This document shows positions 61,601-64,000 of a DNA stretch of 64,000 nucleotides, one piece after another. How positions within the stretch are numbered: position 1 is the first letter of the stretch; the number at the start of each line of letters is the position of its first letter. The stretch lies in NCBI RefSeq assembly GCF_964204645.1, contig NC_134031.1, positions 15,239,807-15,303,806 of the forward strand, read 5' to 3'. The translations under genes were made by a program, and so were the position numbers. The notes beneath the pieces are model-generated. The model did not search any database and had not been told where the DNA came from. It was given only the letters and a program-made list of their open reading frames with translations. Origin of the DNA: Tubulanus polymorphus (Eukaryota; Animalia; Nemertea).

Positions 61601-63891
61601 AACGGGAACTAATACGACACGTACCTGTATAGCTAAACTGACCCCCCACGGAGATATATGTAAGTAACACACTGTATTCACACTGCCGATAGATTGATGA
61701 GAAACTGAATTCACAGGAGAAACTAAAAACGATTGACCTATCAAATGAATAAATAAATAAATCAGTCAATAAATAACTAGTTTACAGGAGAAACTAAAAA
61801 CGATTGACCTGTCAAATAGATAGATAAATAAATAAATAAATCAATTAATCAATTGATCAATGAATAAATAAATATCATAAATAAATAAATAGATAGATAA
61901 ATAAATCAATCAATCAATTTATCAATGAATAAATCACTTAATAGATAAATACCGGTAAATCAATAAACATTTATAGATAAATAAATAAATCAATAAACAA
62001 ATATTATAGATAAATAAATAAATCAATCAATCATTCAATCATACAGTTAATCAGAAAATGGAGAGAGTTACTTTACCTTCTAAATCTTGTTTGAGAGCAG
62101 TTTGGGTTTGTAAATAATAAACGAATTCATCGATTAAACGTTGATTCGTCGAGGCGATGAAAACTTTCTGATTCTGCGTGCGAATTTCGCAGACGAATTT
62201 AGAATCGATTCTATTTTTAGTAACGCGATACATCGGCCATAACGATATGCGACCTATAATTAAAGAAAAAATAACGCGATGATAGCTTGCTTGCAATGTG
62301 ACAACGGGAATAGGACAAGATGACATTGATATAAAATGGTGAACGGAAAAAATGGCCAAGGAAAAAAGGCCAAGGTATTTGCCTAGGAAAAAATGGCCAC
62401 GGAAAAAAAGGCCAAGGAAGATTATATAGAAAACTAACCATCATTTCATTGACTAACAAGAAATCAAATGCTGATGTTTTGACATGTCATTTTTTGAGAT
62501 TATTAGATCTATTCCTGGATAAGTTAAGGTAAATCTGTGATGAGCATATCTCATTTCGATGTTATCAGACACTACACCAGTTTGCTATATAAATCACCGG
62601 ACAATTTCAATGCATTTACCTTTGATGATTTAAGACAGTCTGTACCCTAATAGCTTACTTAGATGTTTTGAAGTATTAATTGAGTTAATTTATCAAGTTT
62701 AAATTTATCACTATCAAGTTTATCCGTTGACCACTTGCATGTTAGTTCTTGATATATTCATTATATGTAGTAATGAAATGATATGTAAGTTCGTCACATT
62801 TCTGAACTCATTCTACCGATTTCAATTGTTTTAAGCCCCATTAAAAATAAATGAGGTCAATAAATTGAGAGCTTAATGTTTTATTGTCAGTAGTTTTCAT
62901 AAATTTTCCCTGGCCTTTTTTTCAGTTGCCGTTTTTTTCATGGCCATTTTTTCCTGGCAATTTCTTCCGTGGCCATTTTTTCCTACATTCATTTGGAGAA
63001 GTAACAGAACCATCAGAGAACACTTTTTTACTATAATAATATGTGTCTTATATAGCGCTAAATCAAGCAAGGCTGCTCAGCGCGCTTTACAATTTTTTTG
63101 GCATTATTACCCCAGCTATTTAATATTCTAACATGTATCAGTCATCTCTCCCTGGGAGGAAGAAACACCGAGCCGGCTAACAAGCGCTCAGGAGTTATTC
63201 TATCAGGCCAGGTAGGCCTACCCATTTACTCCCGGGTTGAGAGAGGCAATGAGGATAAGTGCCTTGCCCAAGGACATTTCAGTATTGTACAGTTTTTGAA
63301 CCCATGCCCTGACTTCCCAGAGTCGAAACCCTGTAACCACTCGGCCCACCACTACATAACAGAATAATCAATAACTGGACCTCTCTCCCACCGGACGTAG
63401 TATCAGAACCATCCGTGAACCCTTTTTAAAACAGGTTTGATAAACTATGGCAGGGCTACCGAAACAACGCCCCTATAACTAATCTACAAAAAAAACGAAT
63501 GCCATTTCTTGCAGCAAACGCCGAGAATATTTACAACGAATGAAACGTTGAAATGGTCCTCACTCATTCATTCAAAGGAAAATTTACAGAATAAAGCAGG
63601 AGTGTCGGGGAATTAAAAAAATCCTAATGGATTTGTCTGGTTGAATCCCCGACACAAAACATCAAAATCGATGTAGACATTCGCTACGAAGTCAGTCTAA
63701 TCCTGACAAGCAACTCATCCAGTCTTACCTTTAGCGTCAGTTTGAGGCGAATTTGGTTTTTTATCGTGATATTCGAGATATAATCGATCCGCTTGCCGCA
63801 GCAGGAACCAGTATTTCTCTTTATGTGAACCTTTACCAAGTCTTAACGAAGATTTCTTTTTATCTAGTGCCGGTAATTTCTGGAAGCTTCC
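58663..63891 (-). CDS. PH + IRS-type PTB docking/adaptor protein (DOK/IRS/FRS2-like); 5' end beyond the right edge
   Basis: Exons 63729-63891 (GSFQKLP...KEKYWFLLR...LYLEYHD, PH), 62077-62253, 61625-61737, 61346-61549 (AQWPLKSIRTY..GKGSFTVIAGRRAPFGEGIYEF, IRS-PTB), 60917-61049, 60296-60401 and 58663-60016 (disordered tail with PPPLPRR, YEDL, GYLPM, YIDT, YMKI, YTEL). All phases are consistent. Confidence 0.88.
60430..60907. repeat. Purine-rich GAGAGGTTGTAAGGGAGAGAGGGAGG repeat
   Basis: Fills the intron between exons 60401 and 60917. Confidence 0.95.
62334..62994. mobile_element. Non-autonomous DNA transposon with tandem-repeat TIRs
   Basis: Left (GGAAAAAATGGCCA)n versus right (TGGCCATTTTTTCC)n around an AT-rich interior. 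Confidence 0.7.
63046..63353 (-). mobile_element. tRNA-derived SINE with conserved central domain and L2/CR1-like tail
   Basis: Minus strand: A box (GGGCCGAGTGGTTA), B-box-like GGGTTCAAA, CORE-like TGTCCTTGGGCAAGGCACTT, and 3' AAAGCGCGCTGAGC...AGCGCTATATAA tail. Confidence 0.75.
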
Positions 63892-63908
63892 CTACAAAGA
63901 TATACTTA

Positions 63909-63909
63909 C

Positions 63910-63955
<46 letters not shown>

Positions 63956-63988
63956 GACCTAATAATAATAATAATAATAATAATAATG
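63909..63988. repeat. (AAT)n microsatellite
   Basis: Direct reading. Confidence 0.95.
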
Positions 63989-64000
63989 GACCGAATAATA

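Overview
Eukaryotic genomic DNA from a bilaterian invertebrate (probably spiralian; this is inference), with GT-AG spliceosomal introns. Four protein-coding genes can be assembled by hand from splice signals. (1) A Slo2/KCNT sodium-activated K+ channel on the minus strand, from ATG 42649 running off the left edge. It has three candidate N-termini, three phase-1 cassette exons in the RCK1-RCK2 linker, a pair of 106-nt mutually exclusive exons and C-terminal micro-exons. (2) FAM20B glycosaminoglycan xylosylkinase on the plus strand (44364-49140), head-to-head with Slo2. (3) A GPI-anchored Ly6/three-finger (quiver/sleepless-like) gene on the minus strand (56124-50202). (4) A PH + IRS-type PTB docking/adaptor gene on the minus strand (from beyond the right edge to 58663). 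Most larger introns carry their own private minisatellite. Several arrays and duplications are seeded exactly at exon/intron junctions and multiply splice donors or acceptors as decoys. The window also holds minimal hammerhead-ribozyme motifs of the Penelope-element type, several MITEs (piggyBac-, pogo/Tc1- and Harbinger-like), a tRNA-derived SINE and many CTCF-like motifs. Most long ORFs in the supplied track are translations of tandem repeats, not genes. Exon boundaries were read manually and are not confirmed by transcripts.
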